Assembly: GCF_039654945.1 (NCBI RefSeq)
Contig: NW_027361974.1
Span: forward strand, 1,302,001 to 1,366,000
Direction of reading: 5' to 3'
Length of the DNA: 64,000 bases
Origin: Dendrobates tinctorius
Lineage: Eukaryota
Of this stretch, positions 22,970-36,200 are shown piece by piece. Under the pieces are notes generated by a model, which saw only the letters and a list, made by a program, of their open reading frames with translations, was not told the origin of the DNA and searched no databases. How positions within the stretch are numbered: the first letter of the stretch is position 1; every line of letters starts with the position of its first letter. Made by a program: the position numbers and the translations under genes.

Positions 22970-25900
22970 CTGCGAGGACAGAAAGACAGACAGTGAGAGG
23001 TTAACTCTAACAATGCTGCGGATGTGAGAAACAGCGCCACAGTGTGGGCCAAACTGTCAAGACAAAAATGGAACCCAGCTGCAATACCGAACACAGCCTA
23101 TGGACAAGGGTGGCGCTGTTCTGGGGTGTGGAGATGAAGAATCCTAGAACATAACCCTCCGAGGTTGCAGGATGTAGGTGCTGTGCCCTCTATATATTCA
23201 GCTAACATGACGCCCTACCTAAAATTCTTTTTCCTGTTGAACAACCCCTTTAAGGCTCATTAACCCCTTAACGACCAGGGGTATTTTTGGTTTTATATTT
23301 TCATTTTTCCCCTCCCCTTCTTTCCAGAGCCATAATTTTTTTATTTTTCCTTTTATATGGCCATGTGAGGGCTTATTTTTTGCAGGACAAGTTGAACTTT
23401 TAAAGGATACCATTGGTTTTACTATATCGTGTACTCGAAAACGGGAAAAAAATTCCAAGTGCGGTGAAGTTGCAAAAAAAGTGCAATCCCACACTTGTTT
23501 TTTGCTTGGCTTTTTTGTTAGGTTCACTAGATGCTAAATCTGACCTGCCATTATGATTCTCCAGGTCATTACGAGTTCATAGACACCAAACATGTCTATG
23601 GCCTCTTTTATCTAAGTGGTGAAAAAAAATTCCAAAGTTTGCTTAAAAAAAAAATAAAAAATTGCGCAATTTTCCCGAGACCCGTAGCGTCTCCATTTTT
23701 CATGATCTGGGGTCGGGTGAGGGCTTATTTTTTCCGTGCCGGACTGACGTTTTTAATGATACCATGTTTGTGCAGATACATTCTTTTGATCGCCCGTTAT
23801 TGCATTTTAATGCAATGTCTTGGTGACCAAAAAAACGTAATTCTGGCGTTTTGAATTTTTTTCTCGCTACGCCGTTTAGTGATCGGGTTAATGCTTTTTT
23901 TTATTGATCGGGCGATTCTGAACGTGGCGATACCTAATATGTGTATGTGGGATTTTTTTTTTACTGTTTTATTTTGATTGGGGCGAAAGGGGGGTGATTT
24001 GAACTTTTAGTTTTTTTAATTTTTTTTTATTTTTAAACTTTTTTTTTTTTTTTTTTTTACTTTTGGCATGCTTCAATAGCCTCCATAGGAGGCTAGAAGC
24101 TTGCGCAACCCGATCGGCTCTGCTACATATGGGCGATTAGCAGATCGTCCATATGTAGCAGATTTACTGCTGTGCTTTCAGCGCCGACCACCGGGTGGCG
24201 CTGAAAGCCATATGCCTGGAACAACCATAGAGGTCTGATAGAGACCTCTGGTTGTCCAGGCAACATGACGCCGACCCCCGATCACGTGATGGGGGTCGGC
24301 GATGACGTCATTTCCGGCTCGGCGGCCGGAAATGCTATTTAAATGCCCGCTGTCAGCGTTTGACAGCGGCATTTAACTAGTTAATAGGAGCGGGCGGACG
24401 GCGATTCCGCTAGCGCCTATTGCGGGCACATGTCAGCTGTTCATAACAGCTGACATGTCCCGGCTTTGATGCGGGCTCAGCGCCGGAGCCCTCATCAAAG
24501 CAGGGGAAATGTCTGATGACGGACTGTGTCCGTCATTGGACATTAAGGGGTTAAAGAAATACACACCTGATTGATAAAAGCATCATCAAAGTTAGGCATA
24601 CTCTGATCTCTTCTTATTATCTTCTCAGTTGTGGATCTGAAAGAAAAACTTAAATTAAGAGATGAGAGAAGAATAAAAAGGGACGGTCCACTTCAGACAA
24701 TCCCTTTATGACTAATGGCGGAGGGTCCCGTGCACTGAGAGGGGCTCGCACCGACCTCAGCGCTACCAGCTGCTTACTATGGCTTCTGCAACAACTAAAG
24801 CCGGGGATATCCCTCTAATTATAGTAAATGCAAAAAAAAGAAAATCACCAAATCTGCTTTACTCCTCACGTAGGAGGCAGCAGCAGAAGCAGAAGCCATC
24901 TGCCAGAGCTGAAAGCCACGACTATCACTCCCACTAAGGATAATGCACAAATCCTGAGACTGCAGCAACTCAACAAATCTCCTGAGCCTGAACTACTAGG
25001 AGAAAGGAGAGGCGTACCCAGGGCGAGAAGCGGGCCCAGAGGCGTACCCAGGGCGAGAAGCGGGCCCAGAGGCGCACACAGGGCGAGAAGCGGGCCCAGA
25101 GGCGCACACAGGGCGAGAAGCGGGCCCAGAGGCGCACACAGGGCGAGAAGCGGGCCCAGAGGCGCACACAGGGCGAGAAGCGGGCCCAGAGGCGCACACA
25201 GGGCGAGAAGCGGGCCCAGAGGCGCACACAGGGCGAGAAGCGGGCCCAGGGCGAGAAGCGGGCCCAGAGGCGCACCCAGGGCGAGAAGCGGGCCCAGAGG
25301 CGCACACAGGGCGAGAAGGAAGGAGCGACAACAAGAAGACAGCAGAATAGTGAGTACAGCTCTGGAGTAGAATACAGGATGTAACTCAGGATCAGTAAAG
25401 TAATGTATGTACACAGTGACTGCACCAGCAGAATAGTGAGTGCAGCTCTGGAGTAGAATACAGGATATAACTCAGGATCAGTAATGTATGTACACAGTGA
25501 CTGCACCAGCAGAATAGTGAGTGCAGCTCTGGGGTATAATACAGGAGGTAACTCAGGATCAGTAATGTAATGTATGTACACAGTGACTGCACCAGCAGAA
25601 TAGTGAGTGCAGCTCTGGAGTATAATACAGGATGTAACTCAGGATCAGTAATGTAATGTATGTACACAGTGACTGCACCAGCAGAATAGTGAGTGCAGCT
25701 CTGGAGTATAATACAGGATGTAACTCAGGATCAGTAATGTAATGTATGTACACAGTGACTGCACCAGCAGAATAGTGAGTGCAGCTCTGGAGTAGAATAC
25801 AGGATGTAACTCAGGATCAGTAATGTAATGTATGTACACAGTGACTGCACCAGCAGAATAGTGAGTGCAGCTCTGGAGTAGAATACAGGTGGTAACTCAG

Positions 25901-27234
25901 GATCAGTAATGTATGTACACAGTGACTGCACCAGCAGAATAGTGAGTGCAGCTCTGGAGTATAATACAGGTGGTAACTCAGGATCAGTAATGTATGTACA
26001 CAGTGACTGCTCCAGCAGAATAGTGAGTGCAGCTCTGGAGTATAATACAGGTGGTAACTCAGGATCAGTAATGTATGTACACAGTGACTGCACCAGCAGA
26101 ATAGTGAGTGCAGCTCTGGAGTATAATACAGGTGGTAACTCAGGATCAGTAATGTAATGTATGTACACAGTGACTGCACCAGCAGAATAGTGAGTGCAGC
26201 TCTGGAGTATAATACAGGATGTAACTCAGGATCAGTAATGTATGTATACAGTGACTGCACCAGCAGAATAGTGAGTGCAGCTCTGGGGTATAATACAGGA
26301 TGTAACTCAGGATCAGTAATGTATGTACACAGTGACTGCACCAGCAGAATAGTGAGTGCAGCTCTGGAGTATAATACAGGAGGTAACTCAGGATCAGTAA
26401 TATAATGTATGTACACAGTGACTGCACCAGCAGAATAGTGAGTGCAGCTCTGGAGTATAATACAGGATGTAACTCAGGATCAGTAATGTATGTATACAGT
26501 GACTGCACCAGCAGAATACTGAGTGCAGCTCTGGGGTATAATACAGGATGTAACTCAGGATCAGTAATGTAATGTATGTACACAGTGACTGCACCAGCAG
26601 AATAGTGAGCGCAGCTCTGGGGTATAATACAGGATGTAACTCAGGATCAGTAATGTATGTACACAGTGACTGCACCAGCAGAAGAGGGAGTGCAGCTCTG
26701 GGGTATCATACAGTTATGTAACTCATACGTATCCTATACTGATCCTAAGTATTTTAGATAAAACTTACTTGGATGGTGGAACATCGGCTTTCCCGGGAGT
26801 GACAGGAGCTCCTGAGACGGTTGGACTAGAGGTCGATGCTGAAAGCGATAAAAGCATTTTAGTTGACTCTTATTATTACATTATCGCAGATGAATGTTGC
26901 AGACGCAGCGATAAAGAAATAGAAAAGACAGGATTATAGGGGATGAAGCTTCTTCTCACACTTTTTCCGGATGCGGCCAGGCTGCTCCTCGGACGTCGCT
27001 GCCCCGCCGTCCGTCGTCGTTTGGTTGGAGGCAGAGAGCAGGTGTTGGATTCGGAAGTTCTGTGATCAATAAAACATCATTTTAGACGTTTTGGGTCAAT
27101 TGAAAAACCTCCAACAGAGTGTTCGCTCTGCGGCGGTAATCTCTTACCATGTGTGGAGGGGTTCAAAAGGCCCCTTAGAAATTGATGAAGGTACTAATTG
27201 ACCATTTTATATATTTTTGAAGTCATCATATTTC

Positions 27235-27270
<36 letters not shown>

Positions 27271-30200
27271 AGAGAGCTCTATGTTTCCAGCATGGACTTG
27301 GAAAAAATAAAAAACAATAAAAATTAAAAAGATATAAAAAAAATATATATATAATAATACAAAGTCTGTATCCGCCACCAGAGGGAGCTCTCTGTATACT
27401 GCTTTATATTACAGTACACTGCATAGCTCATATTCAGCCAGCTCCACCTAGTGGTGAGAAGTCAATAATACAAATACTTACCTCCTTTGCAAAATCCAGC
27501 GGGGAGTATTGTCGCTTGTTCCTCACGTCCGCCGAGGCCCCGTACAATAAAAGCAGCTTGACTAAACCCTCGTGATTCCTGCGGACGGCCTCGTGGAGAG
27601 CGGTGTTCCCTTTTACATTGCCGAGATTTACAGACGCTCCATGCTGGAGACGGGGAAAAAAGAAATGAGGGGGCGGTAGAGGATTATAAAGCAGAGATCT
27701 TCCACGATCGGTGACTTTTTTGCACCTCCAGTAATTGAGTCGCCATCTCTAGGTGGCCGGCCACGCAGGCGTATATTAGTGGCGTGTTCCCATTCGCGTC
27801 CTTCTTGTCCTTTCCTGCGCTGATCTCCATCAGGATCTTTACCACCTGGAAAATACATTAACTTTACACCCAATTTTTGCCTCCCCTTTTTCCAAAAGCC
27901 ACAACCTCCAATGAAGCCCACCAAAGGCAGGGGATGACAGATGGCAGAAAGCGAGTCTCCCAAAAGGACCCTCAACATATCTGCACTCCATCATCAAGTC
28001 ATAGGGGCCAAAGGGCGCCCCACTAAAATGGTGATCGACGCTGGTACCCCCGTGTAAGAGTCAGGTTCGGCTACCAAGACCCTCCTTACAAGCCCACCTG
28101 ATGTAGGACGCCCGCACACAACTCACCTCGAGATGGCCCTTGTGGCAGGCCAAGTGCAGAGGAAGAGCCCGGTTTCCGTTCTTGGCATCCACGTGAGCCC
28201 CGTGTTTCAGGAGCAGATTCACGAGGACGTAATGACCGTGCAGGGCTGCGATGTGTAGGGGGGTGAACCCATCCCGGCTGCTCATGTTGACCCCAAGACC
28301 ACTGCTGGGAATCCTGCTCAGCTTCTGCAAACGCAAAGCCAACTTCGCCAATCAGCAATGCCCATAGGAATGACTGGGCATTGCTGGGTACCCAATTAGA
28401 AAGTCACTTGAAATTTAAAAGGGTGGTTCCTATAAGGACTGACCTTCTGAACAGGGCCACACGTGCGACACTGGCACAGGGGATGACAAAACTCCATGTT
28501 CCCAACCAAACAGTCCTCTGGTTCATCATCGTAGTCATCATCCACCCACTCCAGGAGGTAGCGGACCTGCGGGCAGAGAAAACAGCCTATGGGATAGATG
28601 ATACTACACACTGCAATGACAGGAGTGGTGGTCCTCTGAAACAGATATCCAGACAACTTCTGCCCATATGTCCCTTAGGTGCTTTGCTCAGCCTGCAAGC
28701 CAGAAAGAGACATTCCCTTCCGGGGGCACTGGACAAGTCCTCGTATTACATGGACGACCCCTCAACGGAACGGTCGAAGTGTAATGCAAAATATGCCGAG
28801 CAGCAAAAATCATCACAGTGCTGCCATTATCTCGCCACCATGATCTCCCAGGCTTCGTTTGTATGTTGTAAATCGTGCTCACTGGAACCTTCAGTAGTTT
28901 AGAAATTCTAATGTAACCAATGCCATCAGTATGATTTGCAACAATAAGGTTGCAAAGGTCATGAGACGGCTCACAGGTTTTACCCATCATGATATGTTGC
29001 TTGTGTGAGGAGATGCCTTTTTATAGGCCATCAGTTGAACCAGCTGATATTTGTCACTAAGTGGCAAAATTACTTTCTAATATGGATATATGTCAGCCGA
29101 TGTCATGGAGTTTCTATGGCCTTTTTGCAACTCTCTTCCTTCATGTGTTCAAGGAAATAGGGAAAAAGTATTGATCAATATTACACATGATTTATGGACA
29201 TCTATGGTGATTTCTTTGCCTGTGTGGATTGGATGGGTACCCACATCTGGTGAGAATTTCATGTCGATGGCACCTTTAGAAGTAGATTCACTTACAAAAT
29301 TGGTGACGTGCGCAATACTTATTTCGCCTGCTGTGTATTTCTAAGTGGCTGTGATTTTTTTTCCTTACAGACATTGACAGCAGCATTTAAGTGGTTCAAC
29401 AGCAGCATTTGGAGCTGGCTCTGATCTCTGCTGCTGGCGGCATGTGCCGGCTGTACGACACCAATCCCGAGATCGCCCCATACACCTGCATCATTTTTCC
29501 AAAGTGCCGTACCATTTCCAGGTCCCCATCGGAGACGGCTCGTAAGAGTTTCTCCACCTAAAAGAATACATATGTATTAATCATTAATGGAAGGAGTGCG
29601 GATGTAATGAGCCACCCCTTAATCTATGGGGTGGGAAGCCAACCCCCATCATCTGCTGCCACTGGGAAAACACCAGGGTGGTCTAGGTTGGACGATTATC
29701 GCCCTCTATCACTGGATCAGCAGTGTCGGGGATATTATGGCCGCTTATCGCTCCCTACGGGAATGATGACGTTACCTCCTTGTATTTGCTTCTGACGTCA
29801 TCTTGCCTGGTGGAAGGCGAGGAAAGGCTGGAGTCAGAGGAATCTCTGCTGATGGTGTCCGCCGACCGAGGAGGGGACTGGCTGAGAGACTGCACCGAAA
29901 CCCACCGTAAAGAGACAAGGGGGGGGGGGGGGGGGGGGTGACGTGAATAGACAGAAAGCAGATCTGGTGTCTAGTCTACGGCTCCGTCGCCACGTCTTAC
30001 CTCTGAATTACTCGGCCTCCTGGTGTCCCCCACTTGGGCAGACTCCATGATGGACAGAATCTAGGAGAGAAAGTGAGAACGATGTGCTAATCAGAAGTAC
30101 TGGTTTTGGGTTGGTCAGCAGCGATGGTTCGCTACAATGTGTCATATATATTTCCCCGCAGAGGATTAGATGGGATGCAATTGTAGCAAACCCTCAGCTC

Positions 30201-33200
30201 TTGGCAGTGTTCCACTAATGTCTAGGACGCGGCGGCATTACCTTGGAGTTGAGCGCGCAGTGCAGCGGCGTCTCCTTCCTCCTGTTGGCTTTGTTTGTGT
30301 CGGCTCCGTTCTGTAGCAGCACCTCAATAATGGGCTGATAGCCCCAGCGGGCGGCGATGTGCAGCGCGGAGTCGCCCTTCTCATTCCCACAATCCAGTCT
30401 ACAAGAGGTGACATCGTAATAGACTAAAGCCTTCACACACTGGAAGAAGAGGGTACAGGTAATCGGTGCTGGCACCGCATCCAGAGGGGCACCCAGAGAA
30501 AGCCAACATCCCACCGCGGCCAGAATATCCCACCCTGAGAACGCCACCGACCCCCCCGAATATACCACCCTGATAAAGCCACTGTCCCACCGCATCACAT
30601 ATCCCACCTCGAGAAAGCCAACGTCCCACCCCCCCCGAATATCCCACCCCGATAAAGCCACCGTCCCACCACCTCAAATATTCCACCATGAGAAAGCCAA
30701 CGTCCCACCCCCCGAATATCCCGCCCAGAGAAAGCCAACGTCCCACCCCCCAATATCCCGCCCAGAGAAAGCCACTGTCCCACGCCCCCGAATATCCCAC
30801 CCAGAGAAAGCCACCGTCCCACATATTCCACCTGAGAAACCCACCTCCCCTCTACAAATTATCCCACCCAGAAAAAAAAACACAATCTCAAATCCCCCCC
30901 CAAATATCCCACCCCAAGATAGCCAAGGTCCCCCCTCCCCCCCCCAAATATCCCACCCCGAGAAAGCCAACGTTCCACCCTGAGAAACCTGGGCAACTAT
31001 GGCCGGCCAGAGGCGGCGCCGGACAGCCCAGCCCCTCGAAGCGCTATCGCACCCTTGCGTGTACTCACATCTTCATGTCCGTGCGTGCAGGCCAGGTGCA
31101 GCGGGGTGTTCCCATTGTTATCCTGGATGTCTCGGCTCGCCTTGTAATGTAACAAGAGCAGCTAAAAATTCAAGAAAAAAAAAAAAAATCAAAAATAAAT
31201 AAAAAAAAAAAAATTCAGGAAAAACCTTCGGACGCACGATAAACCGGCCATTCAATTCTCCAAGTCTCCTGCTGCCATATATGACGACCTGGTGTTAGAA
31301 AAGGGTGAACTGTAGTGTCTGCTTACAATGGAAGGAGGGAGGCTCCGCAGCAGCACAGAGCCTTTCAGGAGGGGAGTGTGCGGATTTTAGAAGAGCTAGC
31401 GACATTTATACTAATGAGGTAGTGTAAATAATGGGGTCTTTTAGCAGCACAGAGTGTTTCAGGACCCCGGGGAGCACCATGTGTGCGCGCTCGGCCTCCG
31501 CTGACTCACCGCGATCTTCTGGTGTCCTTTCTGGCAGGCGAGGTGAAGCGGCGTGGAGCCGTGGTAATCGGTGGCGTTCACCACTGCGCCTTTACAGATC
31601 AGGAGATCGATAAACTGAGACTGGCCTAGAAAAAGAAGGACGACGTGAAGGTGTGAACAGCGGGATAACGTCTCTGCGCCCTGTATACGAGGGGGGGGGG
31701 TCTCAAATCTCCGCCTGCGATCCTGCGCCAGCGGGAGGCCTCAGACAGAACGCGTCAGTGTGAACGAGGCCAACGGCCGGGCGCAGCAATCCGAAAAGGG
31801 CAAGTAATAAGGGGGCTTACCGCAAATCGCTGCGATGTGAAGGGGGGTGTAACCCCGATCATCTCGAGAAAGCGGAGTCACGATAGAAGTGTCATTTAAC
31901 TTCCTAAGAAAGAAATAAAGGAGGGAAAAAAAAATTAGTGCTGTAAAATGTCGATCGTCCACCTCCCGAGAGATGGAGGATGAGAGACTGCGCATGTGCG
32001 ACCACTCGGCACATCAGGTGGACGTGTGCATGGATATACACCATGAACACCAGGTGGCGCCATATTACAAATGTCAGATCTCTGCACCGGTCGCAGGTGA
32101 AGGGCAACATTCCCTGTCAATGTGATACTGATCGACAGAACTTCCCCTTTAAGAAGCCTTTACCCAGACGCCAGCTTGTCGCAGCTGTCGCAGGAGCAGA
32201 GCGGGTGACACATCTTCTGCACGACTTCCTCATCCGCATCTCCTTGGTTCAGCATCTTCTCCACCTCTTCTTTGTTGCCAGAGGCAATGTGCTGCATGGT
32301 AGAAAGTGAAACAGAGGTACCAGAGGTCCCAGCAATCCCAGCACTGTACAGGTGGGCGACTACTGGGTACAGGACTGCGCCGACGCCACTCACCTGGAAT
32401 AAACAGTCGATGGGGGCAGAGGAGGTCCTGGACAGCAGGTTCAGTCTCTGCCAGAGCGGGGATTTATCGCTTCCATCGGGATCCTAAGAGAATGTATAGA
32501 AAATCCCTTTAAACTGGAAAAGTAAAAAGACCCGACCGATATCCATCTTACTCACGGCTGCGGCCTGGGTCAGGTGTCCCTGTCGGATATATTCGATGGC
32601 CGCCTCCACGGACGTCAGGCAGTAACCCAGCTCATCCTTGGCCGTGCTGCAGAAGCGGAAATTTTTGATGTAACTCAGGTTTGCCATCCTGGAAAAGCAA
32701 AAAAAAAAAAAAAAAAAAGGGCTGCTTTAGCTTAGCGCCACCCCTGTCCACAGGTGGTCTGTGGTACTGCATTCATTTTAATAGGAGATGAGCACCCGAC
32801 GACGGACACTACCACGGGGTGCCAATCTGGCTCTGTACATGGGGCATCTCCAGCTGCTGTGCCCTGATCACCACCAATCTAATATTGCACATCTATCCGA
32901 ACCTGAAGGGCCTGGACAACCCCTTTAATCCAGTCAGTGACTACCTACCAGTTTGGAATCTCTGTTTTCACAAGCAGGTAGAGCAGCACGGACAGAAGGT
33001 CGTCGGCGCACATCGTCTCCATGTTCACTGCAACCGATAGGAGGAAAAAAAAAAAAAAAAAGTTAAAATTTGGTTGAAATGGCGCAAAATAAGAAATTGT
33101 GATACCAAAAAAGATAAGAAAAATATTAAAAAGATAGTTTTGTCATTAACATTTTCTTAGACACTGGAAGGACCGGTGCGGGGTGACATTAGGGGTCTCC

Positions 33201-36200
33201 TATAAGGTCCAGCACCAAAATGGCGACATGGGGCCCCCGGCAGCCATGATAACTTATGGGCCCACACACTGCCACCATTTAAACGCCGCCGCTAGCAAAG
33301 ACACGCTGTCACCTGTAGATGGCCTGCTCCGTCCTGCACAGATAGACATTCGCACCCAACATAGGACAGACGTGGGTTAATCCGAGATGGCAGCCTTGCT
33401 CCGGGGCGGACCCCGCTTACCTCTCTGGCTGGGAGAATGCATGATGGTCTGCACCACTTTCTTCAGGCACAGCAGCTTCTGCTGGGGGGACGTGCAGCGG
33501 TTCAGGTGGCCGAGGACTCGCTTAGCGCGAGGAATGTTAATGCTGCAAGAGACACCGACAGTTAAAATGTCTCCATGGCCCCAATGATCCAATCACCGAG
33601 ACTGGAGAGATGAGATCTCTAACATACCGGGGGCGTGCAGACCTTTGCAACCTCTCGATCTCATCTGATCCATATCCCCGGTCACCTTGCGGCTCCTCCT
33701 TACCTGAACTCGGTCTTAACGCCGATATCCTTCTGTTGCAGGTCCTGAAGACTCCTCGTAATCTTGTTAAAGGCAGCATCCTGGCAATTAGATCCAGACT
33801 GATAATTAGTGAGAGATCGAGCGGGCCGGCAGACGGAGAAGAATGGCACCAAATGCCTGGTAATACGGATTACAGAGACCGCCGCCTGCGATACAAGTGC
33901 AGATGCAGCATAGACGAGGCCACCACACAGCAGGGCCGCCACGCTACAGGGCCTACACGCAGCAGGGCACAGGACGCCACGCAGCGGGGTACAGGATGCC
34001 ACAAAGCAGGGCAGAGGACGCCATGCAGCAGAGGACGCCACGCAGCAGGGCAGAGGACGCCATGCAGCAGAGGACGCCACGCAGCAGGCCAGACGCCGCC
34101 ACACAGTGGGGTACAAGACGGCACGCAGAAGAGGACGCCACGCAGCAGGGCAAAGGACGCCACGCAGCTGGGCACAGGACGCCACAAAGCAGGGCAGAGG
34201 ACGCCACAAAGCAGGGCAGAGGACGCCATGCAGCAAGCCAGACGCCGCCACACAGTGGGGTACAAGACGCCATGCAGCAGAGGACGCCACGCAGCTGGGC
34301 ACAGGACGCCACGCAGCTGGGCACAGGACGCCACAAAGCAGGGCAGAGAACGCCATGCAGCAGAGGACGCCATGCAGCAGGCCAGACGCCGCCACACAAT
34401 GGGGTACAAGACGCCACGCAGAAGAGGACGCCACGCAGCAAGCCAGACGCCGCCACACAGTGGGGTACAAGACGCCATGCAGCAGAGGACGCCATGCAGC
34501 AGGCCAGACGCCGCCACACAATGGGGTACAAGACGCCACGCAGAAGAGGACGCCACGCAGCAAGCCAGATGCCGCCACACAGTGGGGTACAAGACGCCAT
34601 GCAGCAGAGGACGCCACGCAGCAGGGCACAGGACGCCACGCAGCTGGGCACAGGACGCCACAAAGCAGAGCCAACACGCAGCAGGGCACAGGACGCTACA
34701 AAGCAGGGCAGAGGACGCCACAAAGCAGGGCAGAGGACACCATGCAGCAGAGGACGCCATGCAGCAGGCCAGACGCCGCCACACAGTGGGGTACAAGACG
34801 CCACGCAGCAGAGGACGCCACGCAGCAGGCCAGACGCCGCCACACAGTGGGGTACAAGACGCCACGCAGCAGAGGACGCCACGCAGCAGGCCAGACGCCG
34901 CCACACAGTGGGGTACAATACGCCATGCAGCAGAGGACGCCACGCAGCAGGCCAGACGCCGCCACACAGTGGGGTACAAGACGCCATGCAGCAGAGGACA
35001 CCAGGCAGCAGGCCAGACGCAGCCACACAGTGGGGTACAAGACGCCATGCAGCAGAGGACGCCACGCAGCAGGCCAGACGCCGCCACACAGTGGGGTACA
35101 AGACGCCATGCAGCAGAGGACACCACGCAGCAGAGGACGCCACGCAGCAGGCCAGACGCCACCACGCAGCGGGGTAGAGGACGCAGCCACGGAGCAGATC
35201 TCTCAATAAAGCTCTCCATCTGCTGCAAACCATACAAGATACAGAGACACAGATACGGAAAGTCTATACACGCATCTAGTCGGGTGGTTTTTCTGCTCGG
35301 ACAGCGGTCCTGGTCATGGGTCTCCGCTCTAAGACCTCATTAAACTTGTGCAACAAACCATCAGCATTTCATTCGCTTGGATTAAAAGCTTGTAATAAGT
35401 GGAGAACATGGTAAGATTGTGTCGGCGGCCACCACTAGGGGGAGCTCCCTGTATACAGACATACATGATAAGATCCTGCCTGCAGCCACCACTAGGGGGA
35501 GCTCCCTGTATAAATAGATACAAGATAAGATCCTGCCTGCAGCCACCACTAGGGGGAGCTCCCTGTATACAGAGATACACGATAAGATCCTGTCTGCAGC
35601 CACCACTAGGGGGAGCTCCCTGTATACAGAGATACATGACAAGACCCTGTCTGCGGCCACCACTAGGGGGAGTTGATATTATACCAGGGAACAGAGCACA
35701 GCTTCCCGGGGTGGGCTTATGATTCCAGCCCTGTATCTCATCACCCACCTCACTTGCTTCCAGGGTCCCCACTTGCTTGAAGATCAGGTCGTAAATGCCG
35801 TGGTGGACGTACATCTGCGCAGAAAGAGACAGACGGTGACGATGGCTGAGCACGTACCTGTGATGACCCGGCTCAGGAGTCACCCCGGTACCTCCACTGC
35901 TTGCTTCATCAGATTCATCTGTGTTTCTTGCTTTGCGATGGTTCTCTGGAACAGAAGACGTGACAGTGATCATACGTGCAGTATACGGGACGGGCGGCCA
36001 TATTGGCCTGTGCGTTATTAGCTGCTGTGTGTCCGCTACATTCTTACCAGATGGGAATCCCGCAGTAAATGCTGCAGACATTTTGTATATAGAGTGTTCA
36101 CCGAGTCCTGTGAGAGGAAAGGGGAAAAAGTCAGAGGAGATACAAGTGCGGAAGCAGAGACTAAGCCTGTGCTTGGTTTGACCGGTCATTCTCTGCTAAA

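Noticed and set aside
22551-23027. 158-aa + strand ORF
   Set aside because: Antisense shadow of the last ANKRD27 exon
8604-24550. TTAA-CCCCTT elements as direct derivatives of the intact piggyBac at 59308
   Set aside because: Their ends (CCCCTT...) share only CCC with its TIR (CCCTCCGTCAGG...), so a different transposase family is more likely
25340-26725. Regularly spaced repeats resembling a CRISPR array
   Set aside because: No unique spacers, eukaryotic intron context, no cas genes
33610-35343. Several 330-580-aa ORFs
   Set aside because: Minisatellite translations; only 33704-33780 is an ANKRD27 exon
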